This document shows, piece by piece, positions 18,236 through 28,796 of a stretch of DNA of 64,000 nt. A model generated the notes under the pieces. It saw nothing but the letters and a program-made list of their open reading frames with translations, did not search any database and was not told where the DNA came from. Positions within the stretch are counted from its first letter, which is position 1. Every line of letters begins with the position of its first letter. Source of the stretch: an uncultured virus (IMG/VR IMGVR_UViG_3300030202_003905) (taxonomy: Duplodnaviria; Heunggongvirae; Uroviricota; Caudoviricetes); the IMG/VR virus record IMGVR_UViG_3300030202_003905. The stretch is one strand, 5' to 3'. A program made the translations under genes and the position numbers.

Positions 18236-19675
18236 ATGGCAATTTTTAATTACGATAAACGTAAACGCCAAGCAGTATTAAAATCCGAAAATATAAATTT
18301 CATAAGAGAACATTTTTCTTTTGAAAATGAAGGAGCCCGTTTTGCTAGAAGGTATGGAAGATATATGCCTGCTAGAACATATGTAATAACACCTGCCGGG
18401 AAATATGAAGTTGGATTAACAGCTAATATAATAAAGTTTATTAAGAAGGAATTTCCATCAGAAAAAATTCAATTAGAAGAATCAATTATTAATGCAATTA
18501 AACCTCAAATGCAGTTTGGTGATAATGGAAAGTTAAGCTTAGAATTAAGAGATTATCAAAAAGAAATTGTAGTAGAGTGTTTAGATAAAGGCCGGGGTGT
18601 TGTAATGTTAGCAACTGCGGGTGGTAAAACACTAACGATGGCAAGTATGCTTGAAAAGCTATATCAAAAATCAAAACAAGATACATGGAAAGCTCTTATT
18701 ATCGTTCCTGACTTAGGATTGGTAAATCAAACGTTTGATGATTTTACCAAATATGAATGTACTTTTTCTTTTGGTAAATGGACTGGTAATATACCCGTTG
18801 ACATGACTAAAAATGTTATAGTTGCTAATTTAGGTATTTTACAAAGTGATAAAACCGATTTAGAATGGATACAGTATATAGACGTATTAGTGATAGACGA
18901 ATGTCATAAAGTAAGACGATCAAATAAAGTAAACAAAATAATAAAAAGTATACAAACAGAAAATAAATTTGGCTTTACAGGTACTCTTCCCGATAATAAT
19001 GCAGATCAATGGAATATTATCGGGAAGATTGGTCCAATTATATATCAAAAGAAAAGTTACGAGTTAAGAATAGAAAATTATGTAACCAATGCCGTAGCTC
19101 AAGTAGTAAAGCTTCATTACAAAAAACAACCTAACTATTCAATTGATATATCAGACCCAGGAGAAAGATATAGACAAGAATTTGAATTTTTATTTGAAAA
19201 TCAATTTAGAAATGCTATAATAAAGAAGTTATCAACAGGTGTTAAAAACAATTCACTTATATTAGTAGATTATATTAAACACGGTGAAGCACTTTTTGAA
19301 GAATTAAATAAGAATGATCAAGGAAAGAAAATATATTTTATAAGAGGTGAAGTAGATGTTGAAGAGCGTGATAAAGTTAAAAAACTCATTGAGCGGGATA
19401 ATAATATTATTTGTATTGCAATTAGCAGGATTTTCTCAACTGGTATTAGCATTAATAATCTTCATTACATTATTTTTGCTAGCGGTGGTAAAGCAAAAAT
19501 TAAAATCCTTCAGTCAATTGGTCGTGGGCTTCGTTTGCACGAAAGCAAAAACAAACTAGTTATAGTCGATATTGCTGACCAGTTAAGATATGGTAAAGCT
19601 CATTCAGACAAAAGAATCGACCTTTATACATCTGAAAATATTAACGTTAAAATATCTGATTTTTATGAAAAATAA
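18236..19675 (+). CDS. uvsW: UvsW SF2 DNA helicase
   Basis: LRDYQ, ATAGGKT, IDECH, GFTGT and LQSIGRGLR; FSFE..GARF N-terminal domain. Confidence 0.92.
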   Translation: MAIFNYDKRKRQAVLKSENINFIREHFSFENEGARFARRYGRYMPARTYVITPAGKYEVGLTANIIKFIKKEFPSEKIQLEESIINAIKPQMQFGDNGKLSLELRDYQKEIVVECLDKGRGVVMLATAGGKTLTMASMLEKLYQKSKQDTWKALIIVPDLGLVNQTFDDFTKYECTFSFGKWTGNIPVDMTKNVIVANLGILQSDKTDLEWIQYIDVLVIDECHKVRRSNKVNKIIKSIQTENKFGFTGTLPDNNADQWNIIGKIGPIIYQKKSYELRIENYVTNAVAQVVKLHYKKQPNYSIDISDPGERYRQEFEFLFENQFRNAIIKKLSTGVKNNSLILVDYIKHGEALFEELNKNDQGKKIYFIRGEVDVEERDKVKKLIERDNNIICIAISRIFSTGISINNLHYIIFASGGKAKIKILQSIGRGLRLHESKNKLVIVDIADQLRYGKAHSDKRIDLYTSENINVKISDFYEK

Positions 19676-19719
19676 TTTAGTTGAACTTTATACTAACTAT
19701 ATTATAATGATACTTAGCC

Positions 19720-20202
19720 ATGCAAGCAAAAAAGCCTAAAAATGGAGTAAAAATTAAACCAAAGAGTAAAGAACACTACGTTAACTCGAGAGAATTTAAA
19801 GAAGCAATTGCAAAATATTATGATACAGATGTTTGTAGTGAAGAGTTAGGTGAAATGATTACAAAGATTGCTCATGGTTTAAGTTATGCACCTAACTTTA
19901 TTAACTACTCTTATAAAGACGAGATGATAGGTGATGCAGTAGTTAAAATGTTTACAGCTTTGTTTAACAAAAAATTTAACTTAGATGCATGCGATTCAAA
20001 TGGTAAAAAGTACAACCCATTTTCATATTTTACTACAATTGCTTTTCACGCGTTTATTAATAGAATTAAAAAAGAAAAAAGGCATCATGAAGCTTTGAAC
20101 GAGTACAAAGAACGGGTGTATGAAGAAACATTAAACTCGGGTGATGAAGCACAACAAAAAGTATATGTCAAGCCTGTGAGTGAAGACGATAATTTTGATT
20201 AA
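19720..20202 (+). CDS. gp55: T4-type late-transcription sigma factor
   Basis: HYVNSREF, PNFINYSYKDEMIGDA and NPFSYFTTIAFHAFINRIKKEK. Confidence 0.92.
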   Translation: MQAKKPKNGVKIKPKSKEHYVNSREFKEAIAKYYDTDVCSEELGEMITKIAHGLSYAPNFINYSYKDEMIGDAVVKMFTALFNKKFNLDACDSNGKKYNPFSYFTTIAFHAFINRIKKEKRHHEALNEYKERVYEETLNSGDEAQQKVYVKPVSEDDNFD

Positions 20203-21206
20203 GCGTAATTTTTAAACTCGTCCCAAATTTTATAAAAACATTTAATGTGTGATCTATCTTCATCACCAAAATCTACAAAACTGGGATCTCCTTTTATATC
20301 ATGATTCCATTCCTGGAATTCTAAACAAAACTGTTTCCTTAATACGTGGTATGCAGAAAGAATAATTTCTTCTGTAAAAAAGTCTGTTGTAGGTGGTTTT
20401 GTTTTACATAAAAGTAATAAAGCTTTTTCATAGAATGAAAAGAAGTCTTTAAACTCTGAAGGGTGTATTCCCATCACACCACCAATTACCTGATCTTTAA
20501 TTGCACTATCTTCTTCCGACAACCCATATTCTTTTTGCAAAAAGGTCTGCAGTGCTTTTACATGGTGTGCATTATACCACAAGTTACCATGTTTAACTCC
20601 AATATATTTGTGTTCGTCTATTAAATTGTTTATACCTTCCCCTATCTTGGGTGTATACATGTTGTCTTTATTATAAGGGTAATAAATCTTCTTGTTAAAG
20701 AAATTATTAATCTCTACACCACCCATACTCTTCGGATTTAAACCCCAATGAGTTATTCCAGAATCTACCCATAAAAAGTTTTCTGTATCATACGGGTTAT
20801 CTTCAGCTACTTCTTTAACCCAATACATTTTACGGTGACATAAAATTTCACACCTTGCGTGGAAAAATCCTGGTTCATCGGGATTCTCTTTTTGTTTTTC
20901 AAGAGTAACTTTTTGTTGCCATTTTATTACTCTTTTCCTATGAGATAAAATCTGCTTTTTAAATTTAAAGTCCCCTAACTCACTTACTATTAGTTTAAAC
21001 TTATTTGGATGGCCTATATGAACCAAGTAGTCGAAATACTTCTTTAGTTTAGGGTAGCCATCCTTATCACAATAGATTACTGCTGGGCAGCCAAAATTGT
21101 AAATGTTTTGGAAAGATGAAAAGTAGTATTGTTCACGCCAACACCGTCCTCCTAGTTCACCTTCTCGGTCGCCATAATAGATTGCAGTAACTAACGTTGT
21201 ATTCAT
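20199..21206 (-). CDS. HtrL/WlaTC-like putative glycosyltransferase
   Basis: TTLVTAIY, RCEILCHRK, WVDSG, IGGVMG and FTEE; start moved to ATG 21206. Confidence 0.6.
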   Translation of the reverse strand: MNTTLVTAIYYGDREGELGGRCWREQYYFSSFQNIYNFGCPAVIYCDKDGYPKLKKYFDYLVHIGHPNKFKLIVSELGDFKFKKQILSHRKRVIKWQQKVTLEKQKENPDEPGFFHARCEILCHRKMYWVKEVAEDNPYDTENFLWVDSGITHWGLNPKSMGGVEINNFFNKKIYYPYNKDNMYTPKIGEGINNLIDEHKYIGVKHGNLWYNAHHVKALQTFLQKEYGLSEEDSAIKDQVIGGVMGIHPSEFKDFFSFYEKALLLLCKTKPPTTDFFTEEIILSAYHVLRKQFCLEFQEWNHDIKGDPSFVDFGDEDRSHIKCFYKIWDEFKNYA

Positions 21207-21231
21207 AAGTTTATATGTTATACTATTTACA

Positions 21232-22293
21232 GTGTCTGATATAGAATTCAAACAATCAAAAATCTGTTGTATATCCGATATTCATTTAGGGGTTCATCAA
21301 AATAATAGCAGCTGGCACAAAATACTATTAGATTGGGCACAATGGCTTAATCAACAGCTAGAAAAAAATAAAATCCAAGATATTATGATCTGTGGGGATT
21401 TGTTTCATTATAGAGATGAAATAGCAGTTAACAGTCTTCACGTTGCTAATGAATTTTTTGATATACTTCACCAATATAATATTGTAATGATAACTGGAAA
21501 CCATGACTGCTATTACAAAGATAACAGTTTAGTCAATTCATTGTCTATTCTTAAAGGTAGACCCAACATAACCATTATTGATCAATGTTACAGTACTACT
21601 ATTTTTGATAAACATGTAACTTTTTGCCCATGGGGTACAAAAATAAACGAAATAAAAATTAAAAGTGATATTATTTTTGGTCATTTTGAACTTTTAAATT
21701 TTAAAATGAATAATTTTAAAGTGTGTGATCATGGTGACTCACCAGAAAAGATTTTAGAAAAAGGAAACAAAGTTATTTCAGGTCACTTTCATTTACGTGA
21801 TCGTCGCAAATATAAAGATGGTGAAATTTTATATCTGGGCAACCCTTTTGAAATGGATTTTGGTGATGCTGGTAGTACAAAAGGTTGGTATGAACTAGAT
21901 TTTACAACTCTACAAACAACATTTCATCAAAACAATATATCCCCTAAGCACATAAAGATACCTTTAAGTGATCTTATTAAACATGACGGAATAACAGACG
22001 AATTAAAAAATATAGTTAAAGGTAATATAATAAAATTAGTTATTGATAAAAATATACAAGCAGATGACTTGGATATTATTATGGTGTGCTTGAATAATTT
22101 AAAACCCTTTTCTATTAACGTTGATTACGAAATTAATTTTAATAAGTTTTCTGTAGAAGGTGAAGTAGAATACGAATATTCGGGTGTCGACTATGAAACA
22201 GCTATCACCGATTTCGTTAGTATGTTAGATATTAACAATAAGAACGACGTTATTCAGTATACGATAGATTTATATAAATCATGCAAGGAATAG
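21232..22293 (+). CDS. gp47: Mre11/SbcD-like recombination endonuclease subunit
   Basis: SDIHLG, GDLF, GNHD, GHFE and SGHFH metallophosphoesterase motifs. Confidence 0.92.
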   Translation: MSDIEFKQSKICCISDIHLGVHQNNSSWHKILLDWAQWLNQQLEKNKIQDIMICGDLFHYRDEIAVNSLHVANEFFDILHQYNIVMITGNHDCYYKDNSLVNSLSILKGRPNITIIDQCYSTTIFDKHVTFCPWGTKINEIKIKSDIIFGHFELLNFKMNNFKVCDHGDSPEKILEKGNKVISGHFHLRDRRKYKDGEILYLGNPFEMDFGDAGSTKGWYELDFTTLQTTFHQNNISPKHIKIPLSDLIKHDGITDELKNIVKGNIIKLVIDKNIQADDLDIIMVCLNNLKPFSINVDYEINFNKFSVEGEVEYEYSGVDYETAITDFVSMLDINNKNDVIQYTIDLYKSCKE

Positions 22294-23048
22294 GTATAGT
22301 ATTATTTACATTAGGTGGTAAAAACCTTAAAAGAGCATTACGTGGCTTAACAGACGTTTTAGATAAAACTGTTGTTGTAAATGACGGTAAAAATGAGGTT
22401 GTTGACGAAACTAAAATCAGAAAATATATAAAACCAGTTTTTACTCAGTACCCATCGTCTTGTTATAACATGGGTATTAGGGAACTTTTAAAAGACGATT
22501 CAATTGAACACATTTTCATAATGAATGACTCAATAGAAGTTATAGATGACACATTATTCCAAGATTATATTGATGTATCAAAGAAAACGAACTTAAAAGC
22601 TTTATATTTTTGTAGAGACGATGATGACCCAAGAGGTACCTTTAAAAATGAAAGACTTAAGATAGATGTAGGTATGGAACCCAATAAAATGACCTTAAAC
22701 ATGGGTACATCTGGCTCTTTAGTGTATCTTCATAAAGATATTTTTAAGAAAGTAGGTTTCTTTGATGAAAGATTTAGAGCTGCTGTTGAATGGTCTGATA
22801 TGTGTTATAGAATTTCTCAAAAGAATCTTTCTACCCCATTTCTTTGGTTTCCACACCTTGAATCAGTACAATCTAAAATTATAGTTGCCGAAAATGACGA
22901 AATGTACCAAGATAATATCGAGGATAGGATTATTAGAGGTATGAAGTTGTTTTATATGAAGTATAAGTGTCAGATTAGTGACTTAATAAACACATACTCT
23001 AAAAAAGACGTAATTCAAAAGCTTAAAAACAAAGCTAGATCTTCTTAG
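22281..23048 (+). CDS. GT2-like glycosyltransferase
   Basis: VVVNDG, FIMND and KVGFFDERF...EWSDMCYRI. Confidence 0.7.
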   Translation: MQGIGIVLFTLGGKNLKRALRGLTDVLDKTVVVNDGKNEVVDETKIRKYIKPVFTQYPSSCYNMGIRELLKDDSIEHIFIMNDSIEVIDDTLFQDYIDVSKKTNLKALYFCRDDDDPRGTFKNERLKIDVGMEPNKMTLNMGTSGSLVYLHKDIFKKVGFFDERFRAAVEWSDMCYRISQKNLSTPFLWFPHLESVQSKIIVAENDEMYQDNIEDRIIRGMKLFYMKYKCQISDLINTYSKKDVIQKLKNKARSS

Positions 23049-23071
23049 GAAATTAGTTATAATAATATTCA

Positions 23072-24892
23072 ATGAAGCAAATCTTCTTCGAAGAGGTCTC
23101 TATTCAAAACTTTCTTTCTGTTGGTAACGAGCCAGTAAAAGTACAATTCAATTGTGGGTTTAACATCATTACTGGTTCTAATAAAGACAAAGAAGACAGA
23201 CGTAACGGGGTAGGTAAAAGTACTATTGCAGATTCAATTAATTTCGCTATATTCGGATCGACTTTAAGAGAGCTAAAAAAGGAACTTATTCAAAACAACC
23301 TTACTAATGAAACTTGCTCTGTAACACTAGCATTTAAAGTAGTTACACCCCAAGGCTCAAATGATTATACCATTAATAGAACAATTTCACCTTCAAAATG
23401 TTACATATATAAAAATGAACAAGATATTACTAGAGATTCTATTATTAATACTAACGAATACATAAAAGATCTTATTAATTGTTCTGAAGATGTATTTCAA
23501 AACTGTGTTATAATGACAGTAAACAATACAATACCTTTTATGGCAAAGAAAAAGGTAGAAAAAAGAAAATTTATTGAGGGTATTTTTAATTTAGAGATTT
23601 TTAGTAATATGATTTCTAATCTTCGTAATGACTATAATGAAACAAAGAAAGATTTTGACATTGAATCTACTCGTTACGATGAAAACAATACAACACTTGA
23701 AAATTTTAAAAAACAAAAAGATAATCTTCTAGAAGAAAGAAAGAAGAAGGTTACAAAATACAAAAATAGACAAGAAGATAATCAGCGAGCTCTTTTAGAT
23801 ATAAGAAGTAAATTAACTACTATCGAAAATGATGTTATAGAACAAAATGAGTTGTTAATAGAAAAGATTGAAAACAAAATACAAGAATTATCTGGTAAAA
23901 AAAGTAAAAGACATTCTGCTATTGGGGGCATTAAAGGGGTAATTTCACAAAGCCAAATTTTATTGTCTAAAATAGGTACTGATGAAGAAACATGCCCTAC
24001 TTGTTTAAGGCAAATTGGTGAACATGACGCGGATCATATAAACAAGGAAAAAGATCTTATTGAAAAAAGTATTAATAAGTCTAATAATGAAATTAATGAC
24101 ATAAATGCAGAAATTGAATCTATAGTTGAAACAGAAAACAAACTAACTACAGGTATACGTAGTATCAGAACTAAAATAAAAGGCATAAACGACGAAATAG
24201 CTGATCAAAAAGTATTAAAACAAAAAGCAAAGCAACTATTAGAATGGCAATCACAACTTAAACTTGATATTAAAGAACTAAAATCAGGTGACTCAAATTT
24301 AGATAGTGTAATCGACGACTACTTTAAAAAAGTAAAAAATATAAAAGATAAACTTGATACGGTAAAGAATAAAATTAATATGCTTGACGTTGTAAAGTAC
24401 GTTGTATCAGAAGAAGGTGTTAAATCGTATATAGTTAAAAAGATACTCACTGTGTTTAATCAAAAGCTTGCTTATTATCTTAAAAAAATGGATAGTAATT
24501 GTATTTGTATTTTTAACGAATATTTCGAAGAACAAATTATAAATGAAAAAAATAAAATCTGTTCATATTTTAACTTTAGTGGAGCTGAACGAAAAAATAT
24601 TGATTTGGCTTGCTTATTTGCATTTATGGACATAAGAAGGCTTCAAGGTGACGTTGCTTTTAATTTTAGTATGTATGATGAGCTCTTTGATAGTAGTTTA
24701 GATGAGAAAGGAGTCGATTTAGTTACTACTATATTAAGAGAACGAGTAGAAAAGTATAATGAATGTGTATATGTTATTAGTCATCGAAAAGAAAGTGTAA
24801 AAGCAGCAACAGGTGAAGTGATCTATTTAGAAAAGACAAACGGCATAACACGAAAAGTAGAATATCGAGAAATTGATAAAGATTTACAATGA
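23072..24892 (+). CDS. gp46: Rad50/SbcC-like recombination ATPase subunit
   Basis: NFLSVGN, NGVGKST, CPTC zinc hook, FSGAE, YDELFDSSLD and ISH. Confidence 0.95.
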   Translation: MKQIFFEEVSIQNFLSVGNEPVKVQFNCGFNIITGSNKDKEDRRNGVGKSTIADSINFAIFGSTLRELKKELIQNNLTNETCSVTLAFKVVTPQGSNDYTINRTISPSKCYIYKNEQDITRDSIINTNEYIKDLINCSEDVFQNCVIMTVNNTIPFMAKKKVEKRKFIEGIFNLEIFSNMISNLRNDYNETKKDFDIESTRYDENNTTLENFKKQKDNLLEERKKKVTKYKNRQEDNQRALLDIRSKLTTIENDVIEQNELLIEKIENKIQELSGKKSKRHSAIGGIKGVISQSQILLSKIGTDEETCPTCLRQIGEHDADHINKEKDLIEKSINKSNNEINDINAEIESIVETENKLTTGIRSIRTKIKGINDEIADQKVLKQKAKQLLEWQSQLKLDIKELKSGDSNLDSVIDDYFKKVKNIKDKLDTVKNKINMLDVVKYVVSEEGVKSYIVKKILTVFNQKLAYYLKKMDSNCICIFNEYFEEQIINEKNKICSYFNFSGAERKNIDLACLFAFMDIRRLQGDVAFNFSMYDELFDSSLDEKGVDLVTTILRERVEKYNECVYVISHRKESVKAATGEVIYLEKTNGITRKVEYREIDKDLQ

Positions 24893-24908
24893 AGTAAATA
24901 TATCAACA

Positions 24909-26159
24909 ATGTTTCAAGTACCATTTCAAGCCAAACCTTTCGGGAATACTAACCCATTTCAAAATAATTTTGCTGTAGGTGGAGGTAAGCCACGCGGTAT
25001 AAATGAAAAGCCTACACCTGCTTCACTAGGAGGAACATCACCAGAATCCATACCACGATTTATGAATTATGTGGCTGATTATGGTGGTTGTGGTTATTGG
25101 AGAGTTATATGGCCTGAATATCTTTTAAATGCTAGTGGTAAGTGTATGGTACACACCTCAACTTGTATGACTTTGGACCCACAACACTATAGACATTGTA
25201 AAGCACTAAAAATTCAAAGACAGGCATCTCCAGATCATTATAGATTTACCAAACACTTAAAAGAAGTATCAAAAGAACATGGTTTTAAATTAATTTACGA
25301 AATTGACGATATACCTTTTAGAGAAGACATACCAGATTATAACAAATACAAATTTGCTTTTACAGACGATGAAGTAAGAGAGAATATTCAAAAAATTATG
25401 GAGTTGTGTGATGAAATGACAGTTACTTGCAACTTCATGAAAGAGTATTTCACAGAAAAACTGGGTGGTAAATTACCTATTACTGTTATACCAAATTGTG
25501 TGCCTAAATTTTGGATGGGTAATTACTATAATAGAGATAAAGTTGAGCGAGATTATGAAAAATACAAACGGAAACCAAGAGTTATTTGGTCTGGATCGGG
25601 TGCTCATATAGATGTAGATAGAAGAGTAAAAGGTAAAGATGATTTTCATCATATAAATGATGCAGTTAAGAAAACAATAAACGACTTTCAGTGGGTATTT
25701 ACGGGTGCAGTGCCTCGTGAACTAGTTCATCTTGTTGAAAATGGTAAAATAGAATTCCATCAATGGTCAGAACTTTTTAATTACCCAGAAAAAATATATA
25801 CCCTTAACGGTAATATGATGATAGCTCCTTTAGTTGATAATAATTTTAACAAATCAAAAAGCGATTTAAAATATTTAGAAGCTAGTTGTTACGGCTTACC
25901 TATTGCTTGTCAAGATATTTGCACATATGAAAATGCTCCAATAAAGTTTAACACGGGTGATGAAATGGTTGATCAAATAAAAACCGTATTAAAGGATGAG
26001 AGACGCTTTATAAAAGAATCTGTAACTGGTAGAAATTTTGCCGAATCGAGATTTTTGGAAAAAGAAGAAAATATTGGAAAGTTTTTTGAATCATATATGT
26101 TCCCATACGGATCACCACAACGCAAATATTTAAACACCCTAGATATTAACAAAACATAA
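24909..26159 (+). CDS. GT-B (GT4-like) glycosyltransferase
   Basis: DYGGCGYWRVIWP, YEIDD, VIPN and APLVDNNFNKSKSDLKYLE; start moved to ATG 24909. Confidence 0.75.
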   Translation: MFQVPFQAKPFGNTNPFQNNFAVGGGKPRGINEKPTPASLGGTSPESIPRFMNYVADYGGCGYWRVIWPEYLLNASGKCMVHTSTCMTLDPQHYRHCKALKIQRQASPDHYRFTKHLKEVSKEHGFKLIYEIDDIPFREDIPDYNKYKFAFTDDEVRENIQKIMELCDEMTVTCNFMKEYFTEKLGGKLPITVIPNCVPKFWMGNYYNRDKVERDYEKYKRKPRVIWSGSGAHIDVDRRVKGKDDFHHINDAVKKTINDFQWVFTGAVPRELVHLVENGKIEFHQWSELFNYPEKIYTLNGNMMIAPLVDNNFNKSKSDLKYLEASCYGLPIACQDICTYENAPIKFNTGDEMVDQIKTVLKDERRFIKESVTGRNFAESRFLEKEENIGKFFESYMFPYGSPQRKYLNTLDINKT

Positions 26160-26165
26160 ATTTAC

Positions 26166-26193
26166 TTGAATAATTCGCAGATTAAACTATAAT
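26166..26193 (+). promoter_or_regulatory. Sigma70-like promoter of gp43 (TTGAAT-N16-TATAAT-N8-ATG)
   Basis: Read directly. Confidence 0.75.
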
Positions 26194-26201
26194 AAATCTG
26201 T

Positions 26202-28796
26202 ATGTATAGGAACGTAGTTTATGAACCGTCTTTAGAGCAAATGAGACTTTACACTTGGGATGAAGACGGTAACAGAATAGAAGTTTTACAAAGCTATAGT
26301 CCATATCTTTATATTGAACCTAAAGACAAAAGGCATTCGAACGCAACATCAATTTATGATACACCTTTAAGAAAAATGGTGTTTAGAAGAGAGTCTGAAA
26401 GAAGACATTTCATTAGAAACAATGGAATAAAAAGACTCTTTGAAAATTTACCAATTAAACAACAGTTTTTATTAGATAATTTTTGGCAAGTAAACGAAAC
26501 AGATGATTTTACTAAGCATCCAATTAAAATGCTTTTATTGGACATTGAGACTTATTCACCAGATGGGTTTCCAAATATTGAAAGTGCAAATCATGCAATC
26601 AATGTTATTACAGTTTATGATAATTTAGAGAAAAAATTTTATACTTGGGGTACAAAAGAATATAATGGTAAAGGTAGAGATGATGTGAAATATACCTATT
26701 GTGAAACCGAAAGAGTATTGTTTGCAAAATTTTTAGATTATCTCGAACAAGATTATCCAGATATTTTAAGTGGTTGGAACTCTGAGTTCTTTGATATTCC
26801 ATATATTGTAAAACGTTGTGAACGAATAATGGGTGAAGAGCAAATGAAAAGACTTTCACCTGTAAAGAACGTTTATTATAGAAGTTTACAAGGTGCTTTT
26901 GGTAGACAGCAAATTAGATGGTATATTGAAGGTATAGCTTTATTAGATTATTTGGACATTTATAAAAAGTTTGCACCATTACGTGAATCATATAAGCTTG
27001 ATGCAATTGGTGAACTTGAGTTAAATCAACGTAAGGTAGATTTCCAAGGAATGGACTTGGCAACGTTGTCTGATGTAGATTGGGATAAGTTTATTGATTA
27101 CAATATTCAGGATGTTAATCTGCTTGTAAGACTAGAAGAAAAGCTTCAATATTTGGGGTTAATAAGAATGTTAGCTTATGTTGGTTGTGTAACTTTTGAT
27201 GCAGCAATGGGAGCATTATCTGTAATCAATGGTGCTTTTTGTATTCGTGCAAGACATAACCAACATATAATTCCTACTTTTATACGAGGTGAAGATACTG
27301 GTAAGAACCCAGGTGCATATGTGGGGGAACCACAACAAGGATTTCAAAACTACATATTATCTTTTGATGCAAACAGTCTATACCCAAATGTGATGATATC
27401 TTTGAACTTATCACCCGAGACAAAGATTGGTAAAATTTTACAAAAAGATGACAAAGAAGTGGTCATGGAAATGGTAAGTGGTAAAGTAAAAGAATTTACA
27501 ATACCAATGTTTGCTAAAATGATAAAAGATTACAAGCTTACAATATCAAAAGCAAACGTAGTATTTCATCAACAAAAGAAAGGAATAATACCTGAGATTG
27601 TTGATTATTATTATCAAAAACGTAAAGGGTTTAAAGATGAGTATAATGAGTTAAGGAAGAAACATTCAAAGATGAAGAAAAAAGATCCTGATTATGAAAA
27701 AATTGGGATTGAAGCTCAAAGAGCTGGAACAAAACAATTAACGGTTAAAATTTTGATTAACTCGATATATGGTTATTTTGGTAACAAAAATGCTCCTATT
27801 GGTGATGATGATATTGCATCATCTGTAACATTAAGCGGTCAAGCAGTAATCAAACAAAGCAATATAATTATTAGAGACTTTATTAAACTTAAAACGGGGT
27901 TAACAGATGATGATCTAAAGAAAAAGGACCCAATCATTTATAATGATACAGATTCATCATATGCATCAATTGAATTGTTAATAAAACATTTAGGGCTTAA
28001 TTTTAAAAATGAAAGCGGTGAAGTACACCAAGATATATATACGTTGGAAGATGAATTAGTAGAGTATCTTAATAAACAAATAATGATATGGGGTAAGAAA
28101 ACTTTCAATAGTAAAGATTGTAGGTTTGTATTTAAACGTGAGTGTATTGCTGAAGTTGGGGTGTTCTTACAAAAGAAACGATATGTAATGAACATACTTG
28201 ATGATGAAGGTGCTAAGATAAACAAAACAAAATATACTGGGGTAGAGGTAGTTAGAACGACATTGCCTAATTCATTAAAACCTCATATGAAAAACGTTAT
28301 TGAAACAATGCTTAGTACGCAAGACTATCAAAAGACGAATGAAGCTATGAAAGTGGTTCATGAAAAATTTAAAGATCTACCTATTACAGATATTGCAAGT
28401 GTTATGGGGTTAAAAGGTTATGAAAAGTATGCTGGTCAATGTGATAATATGAAGACGGTTAAGGGTATGCCAATACATTGTAAAGCAAGTTACTTTTATA
28501 ATCAATTATTAAAATTGCATAAACTTGATAAAAAATATGAAACGATAGGATCAGGAGATAAGGTTAGATTCTTTTATGTAAAAAAACCAAACAAGTATAA
28601 TGTTGATTCAATTGCATACAAATATGAGTGGCCAGAAGAATTTGACGCATTTTTTAAACCTGATTATGATAAAATTTATCAAAAGCTAATTTTTGCTCCT
28701 ATCGAACGGTTTTATAACGCAGTAAATTGGAAATGTTATTTACCTAACCAAGCAGTTCAGTGTGATTTGTTTAGTCTTTTAGCAGAAAATGAGTAA
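26202..28796 (+). CDS. gp43: Family B DNA polymerase
   Basis: Exonuclease motifs DIET, WNSEFFD, YNIQD; polymerase motifs SFDANSLYP, KILINSIYG, YNDTDS. Confidence 0.97.
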   Translation: MYRNVVYEPSLEQMRLYTWDEDGNRIEVLQSYSPYLYIEPKDKRHSNATSIYDTPLRKMVFRRESERRHFIRNNGIKRLFENLPIKQQFLLDNFWQVNETDDFTKHPIKMLLLDIETYSPDGFPNIESANHAINVITVYDNLEKKFYTWGTKEYNGKGRDDVKYTYCETERVLFAKFLDYLEQDYPDILSGWNSEFFDIPYIVKRCERIMGEEQMKRLSPVKNVYYRSLQGAFGRQQIRWYIEGIALLDYLDIYKKFAPLRESYKLDAIGELELNQRKVDFQGMDLATLSDVDWDKFIDYNIQDVNLLVRLEEKLQYLGLIRMLAYVGCVTFDAAMGALSVINGAFCIRARHNQHIIPTFIRGEDTGKNPGAYVGEPQQGFQNYILSFDANSLYPNVMISLNLSPETKIGKILQKDDKEVVMEMVSGKVKEFTIPMFAKMIKDYKLTISKANVVFHQQKKGIIPEIVDYYYQKRKGFKDEYNELRKKHSKMKKKDPDYEKIGIEAQRAGTKQLTVKILINSIYGYFGNKNAPIGDDDIASSVTLSGQAVIKQSNIIIRDFIKLKTGLTDDDLKKKDPIIYNDTDSSYASIELLIKHLGLNFKNESGEVHQDIYTLEDELVEYLNKQIMIWGKKTFNSKDCRFVFKRECIAEVGVFLQKKRYVMNILDDEGAKINKTKYTGVEVVRTTLPNSLKPHMKNVIETMLSTQDYQKTNEAMKVVHEKFKDLPITDIASVMGLKGYEKYAGQCDNMKTVKGMPIHCKASYFYNQLLKLHKLDKKYETIGSGDKVRFFYVKKPNKYNVDSIAYKYEWPEEFDAFFKPDYDKIYQKLIFAPIERFYNAVNWKCYLPNQAVQCDLFSLLAENE

